A DNA stretch of 64,000 nucleotides from Vicugna vicugna (taxonomy: Eukaryota), in the NCBI GenBank assembly GCA_013265495.1, contig MU057701.1, positions 248,001-312,000 on the forward strand, read 5' to 3'. The notes beneath the pieces were generated by a model. That model searched no databases, had not been told where the DNA came from, and saw only the letters and a list, made by a program, of their open reading frames with translations. The position numbers and the translations under genes were made by a program. Positions 13,733 to 26,702 of the stretch are shown piece after piece. Each line of letters begins with the position of its first letter. Within the stretch, counting starts at the first letter, position 1.

Positions 13733-14467
13733 ATGCCTGTTCCTTCAGTCTGTGCAGAAGAGCTTGGTGTGGGAGGAGGAAGGGAGAGGAAAAAGGAAAG
13801 AAAAGGAGAGGCGTTGCTGAGGGGAAGAGCGAAGGCAGAATATGTGCCGTCAACGTATCTCTGAGCAGAACGCCACGTGGAGGGAGCCAGAGCCCCGAGA
13901 AAGGAAAGTGTCTCATCTACCGTGTAATCAAACTGATAAACCCTAACTATGGATGGTCATGCAGCCTCTAAAAAGAATGTGTTTAAAAATGTGTTAATAT
14001 GTTGGACAGTGTGATTTCTATTTACAATTCCTACCAAATACAAAATATCACCCTAAACGCAGAGTGGAGGTTAGCATGATGTATTGGAAGGACGTTTGGA
14101 ACTCACATGTCTATAAGCAGGCGAATGTGTCAAAACCTGAGTTTTGTTTTCCGATTGAGTATATAAATATATGGTTTCCTCATCTCTGCCAAAGCACCAT
14201 TTTCTTTTAGCGTTATCAGTGTTAGAGCAAGCTTTGGTCCCCAAGCCCCTCTGCTATTTCCTTCTAAGATTTCCAGCAATTTCTGGATTAGTATCAACTT
14301 ACTGGGTTTTTTTGAAGACAAGTTTTTTAAAGTCAGATCTATGGGTATTGACCTAGAGAAGTTTGTATACATCAGTAAACGAAAAAAGCAGTTTACAGAG
14401 TAAAGTGTATTGAATAATTCCAAGAGGGAGGCAGCTCTTCCACAAACCAGTGAGGTTGGCCCTTATC

Positions 14468-15080
14468 ACACTAAACGTGCAACCATTGTATGACCTAGCA
14501 AGTGCACTCCTGGGCCCTCATCCCAGAGAAATGAAAACTTAGGTTCACCCCCAAACCTGTACATGACTGTTCATAGCAGCATTATGAGAAACAGCTGGAA
14601 GCCACAGCTGTGACTGGTGGAAACAATCCAGGTGTCATAAACTGGTACATTCATGCCATGGAATATTGCTCTGCAAGGAAAAGGGACAGACTATTGATAT
14701 GTACAACAACTGGACGACTCCTCAGAGAATTATACTGAGTGAAAAGAGCCAGTCCCAACAGGTCACATGCTGTGTGACTCCATTTATAGAACCTTCCGGA
14801 AATGACAAAACCATACAAAGGGAGGACAGCTTGGTGGTTGCCATGGGTCAGTGTCCAAGGCAGGGGACAGGAAGGAGGTGGGTGTGGCTGTAAAAGGGCA
14901 GCATGAGGGATCCTTGCGCTGGTGGCATGTTCTTGACTGTCACAGTGTCAGTATCCTGGTTGTGATACTGTAGTTTTGTAAAATGTTATTGGGGGAAACC
15001 CAGAAAAAGGTATGTGGGATCTCTCTGTATTGTTTATTACAACTGTGTGTAAATCAACATCTCCATGTAAAAATATTAAT
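14468..15080 (+). mobile_element. L1M (L1MC-like) 3' end
   Basis: ORF2 terminus and 3' UTR motifs: cccagagaaatgaaaact, tgttcatagcagc, atggaatatt, ctgagtgaaaagagccagtc, gggatctctctgtatt. Confidence 0.85.
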
Positions 15081-17065
15081 TTTTTTTTGAAACAAGGGGA
15101 AGCCTTGTGTACATGCACACGTGTAGGTGCACATCACAAAGAAAGATGTGGGGAGACACAGCAGGCTGCTGACCTTTGCAAAACAACTCTGAAGAGGGAT
15201 TGTTTACTTTTTCTTTTTCACCCTCTTAATGTTCGACTTGTTCCAACAAGCATGGGGGACTTGGTGATTTTGTTTAGACCCATAAGGTAGCCCCAAAAGT
15301 GTGCAGAGGTCAGGGGAGGAGGGAGGAAGGGCAGAGGGCTCCGTCTAGCCCACTTGCCCCTGGAAAATGCTTGTTCAGTATCTCCATGAACATCTTCAGT
15401 CTGGGGTGTGGCCCGCTCGAGCCTCTGCATCTGCCACCTCTGGCCACCCTGACACCAGCCTGTCCTGGTTCTGTTTCCTCTTGCTCACAGACGCTCATGA
15501 TTCTCCATCAACTTAACCACTCACAAAAGAGTAAGACCCCTTGGGTAAAGAGTGGGGGATTTCTGAGTCCCTTAGCAACCTGCCTCCCTGATCCACCACC
15601 TGAGGCCAAGAATCGTCTTGGTGCCTTTCAAGTATTACCTCAGGTGATCCTCCTAAGAGCCTAGGAGATAAGGCCTGTGGTCATCCCCATTCTACAGATG
15701 AGGAGACTGAGGGGGAGTAACTAAGTTGTTCCTACTTAACCTGGCACAGAGTTCACTGTCTTCCGCTGTCCCTGACCAAGCCCCACCTGCCCACCAATCG
15801 CCCTGGAGGCCCCTGGGTCTTCAGGAAGCAGGGGTCCTTACCCAGCACCCCAGCTCCCTGAAGGCAGCAGCTAAGGAGCCGGACAGAGGGGAGAGGTTGG
15901 GGAGAGCTGGTAAGCCGGCTGACTGGTAAACAGGAGGAAGAGCAGCCAGCCCCCAGCTCTTCAGAGGCCTCCCGATTGGAAGCACCGAGACGGACGCTGG
16001 TCTGGCCCAGGCCCTGCTCCCTACCTTGTGCTCCCGACCAGGAGGTCGGGCTGGGCGTGGGAAGGCCAGTGAGATGCTTGGCAGCGGCTGCAGAACAAGA
16101 ATTGGCTCTGGTGGAGACCGCCCCCAACCCCACTCGGGCACTGCAGGAGCTGGGGGCAAGCCTGGTGTGAGGGGGTCAGCCGGCCGGGCAGAGCCCGACC
16201 CCCCAAGCACCCCCTCCACCTGTGTCCACTTCTGCACTGGCCGCTCCCAGACAGCAAGAGAGTGGGGGCTGGGAGAGCTAGATGGGAGATTCTGGAAGGG
16301 AGGACTGGGCGGTCCTCCTGCAGAACTATCCAGGGTGCCCTGCCTCCCACCCTGTAAGGCAACTTCTCCGAGCGGGGAGGGGAAGCCAGGCAGGAGAGGG
16401 TCTCGACTTTTCTGGCAGTTTCTCTTGTTCCATCTTCTCTTCCTTCTATCACACTGAGTGAGGGGATTAGAATCACGTTGCCAACTGTGTGCATATTTGA
16501 TGTGTAACTTAGGAGGGATTCACCATAATTGTGTGCTTGAGAGAGGGAAAGACAGACAGACAGACACCATGGGGGCAGATTTCATCCTGACCTACCTGAC
16601 CCGTAGCATCCGCCCCACCTTCAGTCACAGCCCCTCCCCCTATACAGGTCCTTCTCAGCTCCAGAACTTCCCACCCTGGGCAAATACATAGCCTCTTCCT
16701 TGGCCTCGAAGGCCTCCTCCCCATCCCCTTGGGAAACTGTCATTTTTCTAGACTTGGCTCTGCAGCCCCCTTGAGTAAGGGGGTCTCTTGTCCTGCTGGC
16801 CCAGGAATTTCTGCTTGAGTCCTCTTGTCCCTGCGTGGTTACTGATGGTGGCCTCACTCTCATAGGTGTCCAGATGTGGACTGGAAATGATACGGTCACC
16901 TTTGGGCACTTTCCCCTCTGCAGTTCTTCTCTGTGTGTGCCCATCCCCCCCCCCCCCCCGAATCCCCGGACCCCCCGCCCGCCCCTCCCTCCCCCATGGA
17001 TCTGAAGTGCGTGCACGTGGAGCCCACGCACACTGACCACGCTCTTCTCCTCTCGTTCCCTCCAG

Positions 17066-17149
17066 GGATCTATAAAGGCCACTGCTTCCGGATCAATCAC
17101 TTCCCAGAGGACAACGATTATGACCACGACAGCTCGGAGTATCTCCTCC
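17066..17149 (+). CDS. CACNG4: CACNG4 (TARP gamma-4) coding exon 2, 84 nt
   Basis: Pyrimidine tract plus AG at 17064-17065 and GTAAGT donor at 17150. Translates (G)[27 protein letters not shown](R), the gamma-4 first extracellular loop; phase 1/1. Exon 1 lies upstream of the window, so 1-17065 is intron 1. Confidence 0.97.
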
Positions 17150-18326
17150 GTAAGTGTCGAGAATCCCTCCTTCATGTGCCGAGCAGGAGCGGGTGGCGGG
17201 TAGGCGGCTGGAGGAGAGATGGACCCGTGGGAGTGGGTGGGGTGCTGTTCTCTGGGTGCTCCTGTCACTCCCTCTCTGACTCAGAATTGTTAATTCAGAG
17301 GATGGCGTTTTGTTCAAGGCTGGGCATCCCAGTGGAGTTACTTGGCTGATAGGATCATGCCCGGGGAGACTGGGGCCTGGGAAGAGGGGATGAGGCTGGG
17401 GCATCCCAGCTCCCCGGGGCTTCTGGGCATGGCTGTCTTCAGAGGAGTGGTTGCTGCAGCCAGTCCTGGCAAGCAAGTTAGAGACAGGCATGCCCAGTCC
17501 CAGCATCCCTGGGGGCTCTGACACCCCAAGGACACTGCCCTGCCAGCACTGGATCGTCCACCCCTCCCCACACCACCCAGCATTCTCCTCTTAAAAACCC
17601 AGATTAAGTCACACACTGAGGAAGCCCAGTGGGTGCCAGGCAGCCTGTGGAAGAAGGTGAGGGAGGTAGCAGGACCAGCCTTGGACATGGGGGTCCTCAG
17701 TGTCTCCAGCACCAATTGGTCGAGCTGTCACCTCTGCCCGTGAGCTGCCCCTGCCTGGGTCCTGTGGCTGGGCTGGCCCCCAGATGGGAACCCAGAAGTC
17801 ACAGAATATACTGAACCCCAAAGGACGAATAGCACTATGCCCTAAATCCTGATCTCATCCCTGGGCCTGTGGACACCTCCCTGGGAGGAAGGATGGAGCC
17901 ACAGCCCAGGAATGAACCTGGAAATGGAAAAATCAGCACCGTTTTGAAGTCATTTTTCCCTTTTGCATTAGCCAAGACACACGCAGAGCTGCTCCCAGCA
18001 GCTCCCCCAGGGGCTGGGGCCAGCTGCATTTATGGAGAATCGATACCAGCATCCTCAGAGGGAGCACAATCCACTCTGCACCTGCTTATGGATCGTTTTT
18101 TCTAAGAGAAAGGATTTTGGTTGTGAGTCATCTAGTGAAATGAAACAGCGTGTGGTTCCCATGGAGCCTGGGGCAGTGTCAGGATGCTCTGGCCAGGCCC
18201 AGAACCTGAAATAATTTGGCCAGATCTGCCTTCTATCTCTCCTCCCTTACCTTCTCCTCTTCCTCCCACCTGTCCTCTCTTTCTGCTTTCTGGGAGTCAA
18301 TACTAAACCAAGCAAATGTTATTCCA

Positions 18327-18458
18327 TAGGGCTGCCACAAATGGTTGTGCAGGTTGCACACTGCACAATTCAAGGGATGTTATTTGCATAGACAATTATA
18401 TAAATAACACTCCGTGAGTTGCACAGTGCATGGCCTGCACAGCCATCTAGGGCAGCTG
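18327..18458. mobile_element. MER91-like (hAT-Tip100) MITE
   Basis: Imperfect terminal inverted repeats of about 40 bp: gctgccacaaatggttgtgcaggttgcacactgcacaattc versus gagttgcacagtgcatggcctgcacagccatctagggcagc. Confidence 0.7.
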
Positions 18459-20647
18459 CTGGTGCTCAGCCCAGCCAGAATGGCTCAATTGAAAACCAAC
18501 CCTGACTCAGAACCTGCCTCTTTCTGCACCCCCCAGGGCAGTTGGGTGGTTCTTAAGGCTCTGAGGGCAGATATGCCCCAGCGACCAGCCTTGGGACTGT
18601 GGGGAAGGAAGCACTGGAGAAACAAACCATTCTCTCCCACTTCCCACTTGAACTTGCCCCAGGTTATGGGAATTGCCTCTGCTGGTTCTTCCTCTTTATT
18701 CCCCACTCCTGTCCCCTCACGGTCTCCAGGGTACAGGAATCTCTTGGTGGATGGGCCTCATGACACATCAGCCCAGAGGTCAGATGATACGGCTTCCCAG
18801 GTCCCAGCAGGAAGCAGAGGGTCTGCTCAAATGGGGTGAAAGGTCATTTAGTGAAGGACTCATTACAGAGGGGTGGGCAGGGCTCAGGGAAACTTGCAGG
18901 GGGTGGAGAGCACCCCGGGGCTAGCAACAGAAGGAGCCCTACACCCCTCGGCCTGAATAGGTGGGAGAAGCAGGTATAGTCACCTGGACGAAGGGCGCTG
19001 TGAGGACAGGGCCGCCTGGCAGGAGTGTGGCCTTTATGAAGGAATGCAGCCACTCATCCTTGTCCGCAGGAAGGGAGCCAGAGGAATAACCGTCTCCCCT
19101 GCTCTCCTTCCAAGCCAGAATGAGGGGACCCCGATGATCTGGTCCCTGGCATCAGCCTCCCTGGGCCCAGAGCAGGATGGGGAAAGGGGGTCCGAGGATC
19201 TGGAAGAGCAAAGCAAGGATGTGCCCCACACTCACCGATCCAGCTCCAGGCCCCCGCTGTCCTCAAACTCTGGCAGTGGTGTCCTGGGGCAGGGCGTGAG
19301 GGCTGGGGGGGTGGCAGGGTCCCAGCAGTGATTTTCCAAAATAAAATGATGGCGACAGCACATCAGCAATTAAAGCTCATTTGGGAAGGAAATGTGGGGA
19401 GACCGACTGGGTTCATTAACCAGCCCAGAGACACTCAAGGAGGAGGAGGGGTGATGGCTTCGGGGCGTGTGATGTCGGCTGCTGGTGGAACTGGGGTGGA
19501 AAGTGCAGCCGACTCTCCACTCAGGGGCTGCGGAGGCAGGGAGAACTGAGCCTGAAAGCGAGCTCAGAGTGCAGGTGCCTGTGAGCTTGGAGCCAGAGGG
19601 AGGAGGCAGCATTCCAAGACAGGCCAAGGTCTCGGGCACCGCGGCCATCCGATCTGTGTTTCCCTGATTCCCTGCCATTTCTATTCCACCGGCCCCACTG
19701 GCCTCAGGAGTTCCTTCCCACTTGCCCTGGGCCTGGTTCCCCTTTTCCAGGCTCCACTTTTCTGGTTGGGTGGATGGTTTCTGTGTTAAGCCTCAGGAGT
19801 GCTCATGTCAGGGCTACTGGGAGTCCACGGTGTGCCTGCGGGTGAATTAGAAGGAGATGCTCATCCTCTGAGCAAACACAGGTCCTCGCCAGGGCTTGAC
19901 ATGGCCCCAGGGCATGGGCTGGACATCAGCCCCGCTCTGCGCAAGACCCAGCCTGCACCAATGGCTGGCGCCTGCACACCCAGAGCCCCAGAATGAGCTC
20001 ATGTGGCAAAGGACAGCGCTCACATGACGAACCTGGGCAGGATGGGCGGCTCTGAGCCCAGCCCGACCTCAGTGATTTTGGAGGGTCCAGTCTCCCTTCT
20101 CTCCTGTGACCCGTTTGCAGAACAAGGGCATCGAGGGGGACCTGATCCTCCTTTTCTGGCCAGCACAGCTCAGAGGCCCATTTCAGAAGCGCAGAGGAAA
20201 CCTCCTCCCAGAGCCCACAACTTCAAGAAGGCAGAGAGGGGAGGAGGAGGAGGTGGCAGAGAGAAGAGCTTCATTTAATGCCCCAAACAAACCCCTCTCT
20301 GTGTGGCAGGGGCACACACTGGTGGGCTTACAAAGAAGGAGACAAATGCTGCCTTCAGAGGCTGAAACCAGCTCAGCTGGCTCAGGAGGGGGGCCTGCCA
20401 GTGCTCCTTGACTCACTGTCCCCTGCCGGGACCACCCAGGGTCCACGGAGCCGGGACTTCTCCTGGGCTGGGATGCAGGCGCGGCAGGGAGGCTGAGCTC
20501 GGGGTTCCTCTTCACATGCCCCCTCCCTTCCTCCCGCCCTTCCTCCCAGCCAGATGCTAAGGAAGGGGGACCCGCATCCCCTAGGTCCCTACTAAGTGCT
20601 TTCTGTGCCTTATTCCATCAAATTCTCACCACAACCCTCGCAGGTGG

Positions 20648-21112
20648 TGCATCCTTTTCCTAAGGCCACCGTAATAAATTACCACAGAGTGGGTAGCTTA
20701 AAACAACAGAAACTTACTGTCACACAGTGTGGAGGCCAGATGTCTTCAGTCAGGCGTTGGCAGGGCTGTCCTCCCTCCAAAGCCTCTAGGGGAGAATCTT
20801 TCTTTGCCTCTTCCAGCTTCTGGTGGCCCCAGCATCCTTGTCCTGAGCAACATGACTTCTTTCTCTGTCTCCGTCTTCACATGGCTTCTCCCCTTGTGTC
20901 TCCTCTTCTGCCTGTGTCTTTTCCTCCCTCATAAGGGCACTTGTCATTGGATTTAGGGCCCACCCTAATCTAGGATGGTGTCATCTCGAGATCCTTAACG
21001 TAATCACATCGGCAAAGACCTTTTTCCAACTCAAGTCATACTTATAGGTACCGTCAGTTAGAACCTGGACATAGCTTTTGGGGAGGGGTGGGCCACAGTT
21101 CAGCCCCCTACA
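20648..21112 (-). mobile_element. MaLR solo LTR (MLT1C-like) with 5-bp TSD, inserted in a MIR
   Basis: TG...CA termini flanked by GGTGG at 20643-20647 and 21113-21117; MLT1 motifs gtcattggatttagggcccaccctaatc. Confidence 0.88.
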
Positions 21113-22021
21113 GGTGGGTATTACTGGTCTCCCCCGGTTATAAAAGAGGGGACCGAGGTGGTCAGAAGTTAGATGCCCTGGTCACCCACCCCACCAGGAA
21201 GCAGCAGAGCAAAGGTGCAGATCTTACTCTGTTGGACATCATTGCATGGATTTCCAACTCTGGCCAGCTGCCTCCTTCTCTGTGACCTCAGGAGGTCCTG
21301 AGTTTCCGCATCGTCGTCTGTCCCCTGGGGTGACGACGGTGACAATGGCGCTAAAGGCTGTCACTTCAGAAGTGCATGCTAAGACCAGGCCCTGTGCTGA
21401 GCCCCTTAGGTGTGCAAAACCAGCTGCAGGATGTGGGTGCTGTTATGAACTGCTTTCCACTAACAGGGAAGCCCAGTTTTAGGTGATGTGACCAAAGCCA
21501 CACAGCCAGCATGTCACAAAGCAGGCTACCCAGACCCACTCAAGCGAAGCCTGTGTCCTCAGCCACCCACTGCAGCTGCCTGTCTTGCCTGCCGCTCCCC
21601 AGCCTCCTGGAGGCTTCGTGGAGATGGTGTCCAGGAAAGGGCCTAGTGGGCTGTGAGGTGTTGTCCGACTGTGTTTTCCTGGCTGTTGTGGTGGCTCCCC
21701 TGGTGGCACTGACTCCTCCCTCCTGGCTGGCAGAAGTGTGACCCACACCCCAGAAGAGGCCAAGCGAGACGTGGACAGATATGACTCCAGGCCACTTGGC
21801 GTCCGGGGGGGTGACCAGCAGGCCTGGGCTGTCACTTGGATCTGGTCCAACTGTCCCCGCCTCGGCTCCCTATCCACCTTGGGTCTCCAGGGCCAGCCGG
21901 GAGTCTTAGAGTCAAGGGGAAGGGCCTTGAGAGCTTTGGGGCTTCTGGCCAACGCCCCTGGCCCTGCCCCAGAGGGCAGCTGGTCTCACCACCCTGTCTG
22001 CTCTGTCTCCCGTCGGCCCAG

Positions 22022-22162
22022 GCATCGTGCGTGCCTCCAGTGTCTTCCCCATTCTCAGCACCATCCTGCTCCTGCTCGGCGGGCTCTGCATCGGCGCTGG
22101 GAGGTTCTACAGCCGCAAGAACAACATCGTGCTCAGTGCCGGCATCCTCTTTGTGGCTGCAG
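22022..22162 (+). CDS. CACNG4: CACNG4 coding exon 3, 141 nt
   Basis: AG at 22020-22021 and GTGAG donor at 22163. Translates (R)[46 protein letters not shown](G), covering TM2 into TM3, in frame with exons 2 and 4. Confidence 0.97.
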
Positions 22163-22261
22163 GTGAGCTGCCCACTCTGGTCCCCGCTGTACTGAGTACT
22201 GGTCCTGCTGGGGGAGCGGGTCGACCATAAGATCACTGGGCGTCATTAATATCAAACTTCC

Positions 22262-22455
22262 AGGGGGCCAGGCAGGGGGTGGGGAGCAACTGCTTAATGG
22301 ATATGAGGATCTCCTTCTGGGGTGATGAACATGTTCTGGAACCAGGTAGAGGTGGTAATTGCACAACACGGTGAATGTGCTAAATGCCACTGAATTGTGC
22401 ACTTGAAAGGGTTAATTTTATGTCATATGTATTTCACCTCAATTTGGAAAAATAA
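22262..22455 (+). mobile_element. L1MB-like 3' end
   Basis: ctggggtgatgaacatgttctggaac...gtgaatgtgctaaatgccactgaattgtgcactt...ttttatgtcatatgtatttcacctcaat. Confidence 0.85.
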
Positions 22456-22827
22456 TAAGGTGTGCAAAATGCCACAAAAGGGCAGTCCTAGTGCCTTACA
22501 AGCCTGTACCGGGGAGCCTGGCTGAGTTGGGGCGTCAGGGAAGTACCCAGAGGGACTCACGGAAACTTGAAGGAGTTGAGCAACTGCAGACAGGGTGAGG
22601 GGGGGACAGGGCTAGCAAGGGTGCAGAAGCAGAGAAGCCCAGTGTGCCTGGGGCAGGGTGAGCAAGAGGGCTGGGGCGGGAGCAGGGCAGACCCCCCCCT
22701 TCACTGGGGCCATCTTGATTGCCCAACTCTCCTGGCTAAGAGATGGGCGGCAACACCTTTATGCCACCCCTATCTCGACCCAATGAAAACCCACAGAGCT
22801 GTGGGTAACAGTAACACACTCCCAGTC

Positions 22828-22956
22828 CAAGTGGTAGAGTGCTTGCTTAGCCCACACAAGGCCCTGGGTTCAATCCCCAGTACCTCCAGTAAGTAAATAA
22901 ATAAATGAATAAACCTAATTACTTTCCCCCAAAAAACCAAACCAAACCAAACAAAA
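22828..22956 (+). mobile_element. tRNA-derived SINE of the camelid type, 5'-truncated
   Basis: gtggtagagtgcttgcttagc...ccctgggttcaatccccagtacctcc (B box), then aaataaataaa...aaacctaattac...ccccc and an A-rich tail. Confidence 0.75.
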
Positions 22957-23792
22957 TGGCTTTACACTGTTGCTTCTCCAAGCCTGGATGCAGACAATTC
23001 AATGCCTGTCCCCTCTCCCCTCACACTGCAGACATGGGAGAAATCCAGGCAGGAGATGGGTCAGTGTTTATTCACCATTCAGCAGAGAACCTGGGTTTTC
23101 TGGCCTGAGTGGCTGGGGTGGTGGGTGCGTGGAGCAGGTGTCTGCGGGACAAAGCTTGGCCAGTGGCATCCTTGGGACTCTGGGTGGCTCCTGAGGAGTG
23201 AAGATAACAGTGCAGCAGAGGTCCCTGTCCTGTCTGGAGCAACAGGAGCCATCTGACTTCGTAGGCCTCATTCCAGTGAATAAATGTGAGAAATGTTAAG
23301 ATGCTCAGCAATTCTTTCCTAAATTGTTGCCATAGCTCCTTACACTGTCCTAACAATATTTGTGCTTTTAAAACACCTTTCTTTTTTCTTGCATCGGACT
23401 GGTGAGGTGGAGCAGTACAGGGGAGGTGGCCGGAGATGGGCCGAGGCCCTGTGCCCTCTGTGCATCTGGTCTCGCATCCTAATACTGTGAGGGTGACCAT
23501 GAGAATCCCAGTAGCTGGTGGTCATGCCTCCTTTGCTGAGCTCAGGGAGGGGCCTCGAAAGGTGCCTGGCCCTTGTAGGTCCCCAGAGGTCATCCCATCT
23601 CCATCTCTTCTTGTGTTCCCTTGGAGAAGGAAGATGACTTCCTTTTGCATCATGGACCTGAGGGGCCAGAGCAATTCAGAGACCGGCTCAAGATCTCCCA
23701 GGCAGGTCAGCAGAGCTGGGGCTCCTGGCTGTGCTTCTCATGCTCTTTCTTCTACACCCATTCAGCTGTCGTCCCCTTCCAGCGCAGTCAAT

Positions 23793-23868
23793 GTATGCGT
23801 GTGTGTATCTGAGGGGGGATGTCTGTGTCAGGGTGTGTGTGCATGTGTGTGTGCGCACACGCATGTGT
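23793..23868. repeat. Degenerate (TG)n microsatellite
   Basis: gtgtgtgtgcatgtgtgtgtgcgcacacgcatgtgt. Confidence 0.7.
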
Positions 23869-24919
23869 TGGGAAGTTAGGGTCTCCTTACCAAGAAGCAG
23901 CATCCTTCTTCCACGCAGTTTCCCTGCCCCATCCCTTCTTTCCTCTCCTTGAAGCAGTCAGATTTCTCCAGGTGTGGGCCCTTACGGAAATCCCTGCTGT
24001 GACGTTTGAATGCTGCCCCCGTCCGTTCCCGAGGAAAGGAAAGAGGACGTACACTAACACGAGTGCCCAGTACTCCGTAAGCACAAGCCCCTCATCCCAG
24101 CTCCTGAGGAGGCAGGCAGGTGGCTCAGGCAGCTTCCCTGAAGTCACACGGTGGCAAAGACACTGCTGAGGCCAGGGTGGTCGGTCTTCAAAGTGAGGTG
24201 CCCCCACTGCTGCCCATTCCCCCAGGAGGAATCATTTCAAAGGTGTGTTCAGAGGTGCCACATCACCAGAGGGACTACAGAGCCCAGGGCCCAGAGACAC
24301 TCAGCTAAAAACAAGGATCCAGCCAGAGAGGAGAGGACGCGGCAGGCCAGCAAGGGGACATTCATTTGTTCCCATTTACTCCCTGGTTCATGGAGCTTTG
24401 ACTGTGGGCCGAGGCAGCCAGGCCCTGGGGCCCGTGCAGGGCCCAGCCCCAGGCCACTCCAGCCCCAGCAGTGAGGTGAGACAGGCCTATGAAGAATTCC
24501 AGATGGGGAATGATCAGCCTAGGGAGAGGTAAGGCTGGGAGAGTCGGAAGAAGATGCAGCAACTTCTCTGGGAACACAGAATCCGCTGGAATGTGACTTA
24601 AGGAGCGTTCTTGTGACTTGTGTAGAATACGGGGTGGGAAAGGAAAGACAAGCTAGGAGTCAGGGAGAGAAGGGACAAGAGAGGAGGGAGGGAAGGAAGC
24701 AAACGGTGAGCATGAAAGCCCATGTCGGGGAGGGTTCTTCTGGAACATAGCAGAAGGGGCAAGGGGCCCAGACTTAGAGCCAGTTTGCTCAGGGCTGGAT
24801 CTCTGGTCCCTTAGCAGGAAACATGCTAACCCATCTACAGTGAGATCGGTGCAGTAGGAAAATGGACAAAGGACCTGGGCAGGGCATAGACAACACAACA
24901 CGCTACTTTACGATACAAC

Positions 24920-25146
24920 ACAGTAGCCTGTAATAGAACTTAAAGCAGGCTCCCTGTGTGCCGGGCATGCTGTAAGTGCTTTGCACGTAGTAACTCATTG
25001 GATCTCCACAGCCAGCCAGTGAAGTGCGCACCACTGGTATTCCCATTTTGCACATGAAGACCCTGAGGCACGGAAAGGTCATTTGTCCAAAGTTCCAGAC
25101 CTGAGAGTTGGGAGAACCTGGATTCACCCCCAGGCAGCTCAGTTCT
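24920..25146 (-). mobile_element. MIR SINE
   Basis: taagtgctttgcacgtagtaactcatt...cccattttgcacatgaagaccctgaggcacggaaagg. Confidence 0.8.
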
Positions 25147-25295
25147 GCTCAACCTCACTTGTAATTAGAGAAAATCACATAAACACAACAACAGCTTTCA
25201 CCTCCCACATCAGCAAAGATCCAGAAGTTTGATAGCACAACTTGTAGGCTGTTGAGGTATTTTCTGCCTCTATGGAGGGGTCTTGGGCGGGGACT

Positions 25296-25556
25296 CTGAA
25301 TGCAAATATAACTAAACTCAAGATCCTGGGACAGAAAAAGGACATTAGTGGAGACCCCAGTGAGATCCGAGGAAAGGCTGGAGGGTAAGTGAGTAGGAAT
25401 GTATGAGGCAGGATTCCTGGTTGTGACACGTGGACATAGCATGTCAGAAGTTAATGGGGAAACTGGGTGGGGAGTTGGAAAGGGGCTCTCTCTGTACTGA
25501 CTTCACAACTCTTCAGTAAGTCTAAAACTATCCCAAAATAAAAGTTTGTTTTTAAA
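25296..25556 (+). mobile_element. L1MC4-like 3' end
   Basis: gatcctgggacagaaaaaggacattagtgg...ctctctgtact...gtaagtctaaaactatcccaaaataaaagt. Confidence 0.75.
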
Positions 25557-26163
25557 TGCACACGCTTGATGAGGCAGCAGTTTCTCTTCAGGGAATTCAT
25601 CACAGTTGTACGTGCGTGTGTGGAATGGTGTAGCCACAAGGCTGTCTCATAGCAGAGGGCTGGTTAGATGTCCCTGCGGCGGATGCCGTGTACAGTTAGA
25701 GACAGTGCTTCGTGTCCTGATAGGGAATCGTCTCTCAGGTTATCTGTTAAGTAAAAAGAAAGGGGGCTAAAGAGTACTGTGCAAAGAAAAAAATAAATGT
25801 ATGTGAGAGAGACTGGATATGGTTATAAGAAGGATATATATACCGAAGATTAACAGTAGCTGCCTTCAGGAGGGGAGCTGGGCAGCTAAGAGCCTGTGTT
25901 TTACCTTATACTCACCAGAACTCTGTACTTTATTACCCATTCAAAATTAACTGCTTTTACTTAAAAGGTAGCAACCAGAACAAAGAAATACCTATCAAAC
26001 GGGGAGGGGTCAGCAGCCCCGCCCACCGCCACGCCCACGGGCCCGCCACGCCCACAGCCCCTCCCCTGCCCACGGGCCCCCGCCACGTCCCCCGCCCCCC
26101 GGCCCAGCTGGGGTCTAACCTCTACCTCTCTCCCTCCCGCCCCACTCCTGCTTCCCCTTCCAG

Positions 26164-26702
26164 GCCTCAGTAACATCATTGGCATCATCGTCTACATTTC
26201 CAGCAACACAGGCGACCCCAGCGACAAACGCGACGAAGACAAAAAAAACCATTACAACTACGGCTGGTCTTTTTACTTCGGAGCCCTGTCTTTCATTGTG
26301 GCCGAGACCGTGGGCGTCTTGGCTGTAAACATTTACATTGAGAAAAACAAAGAGCTGAGATTTAAGACCAAACGGGAGTTCCTCAAGGCTCCCTCCTCGT
26401 CTCCCTACGCCAGGATGCCGAGCTACAGGTACCGGCGACGGCGCTCGCGGTCCAGCTCCAGGTCCACCGAGGCCTCTCCCTCCAGGGACGCGTCTCCGGT
26501 AGGGCTGAAGATCGCCGGGGCCATCCCCATGGGCGAGCTGTCCATGTACACGCTGTCCAGGGAGCCCCTCAAAGTGACCACGGCCGCCAGCTACAGCCCC
26601 GACCAGGAGGCCGGCTTCCTACAGGTGCACGACTTCTTCCAGCAGGACCTGAAGGAAGGCGTGCACATCAGCATGCTGAACCGGCGGACCACCCCGGTGT
26701 GA
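26164..26702 (+). CDS. CACNG4: CACNG4 terminal coding exon 4
   Basis: AG at 26162-26163. Translates (G)[60 protein letters not shown]..., then the RS-rich [13 protein letters not shown] tail and the TARP class I PDZ ligand RRTTPV; TGA at 26700-26702. Confidence 0.98.

Noticed and set aside
22828..22890. tRNA-like sequence
   Set aside because: Truncated head followed by a SINE tail; not a tRNA gene.
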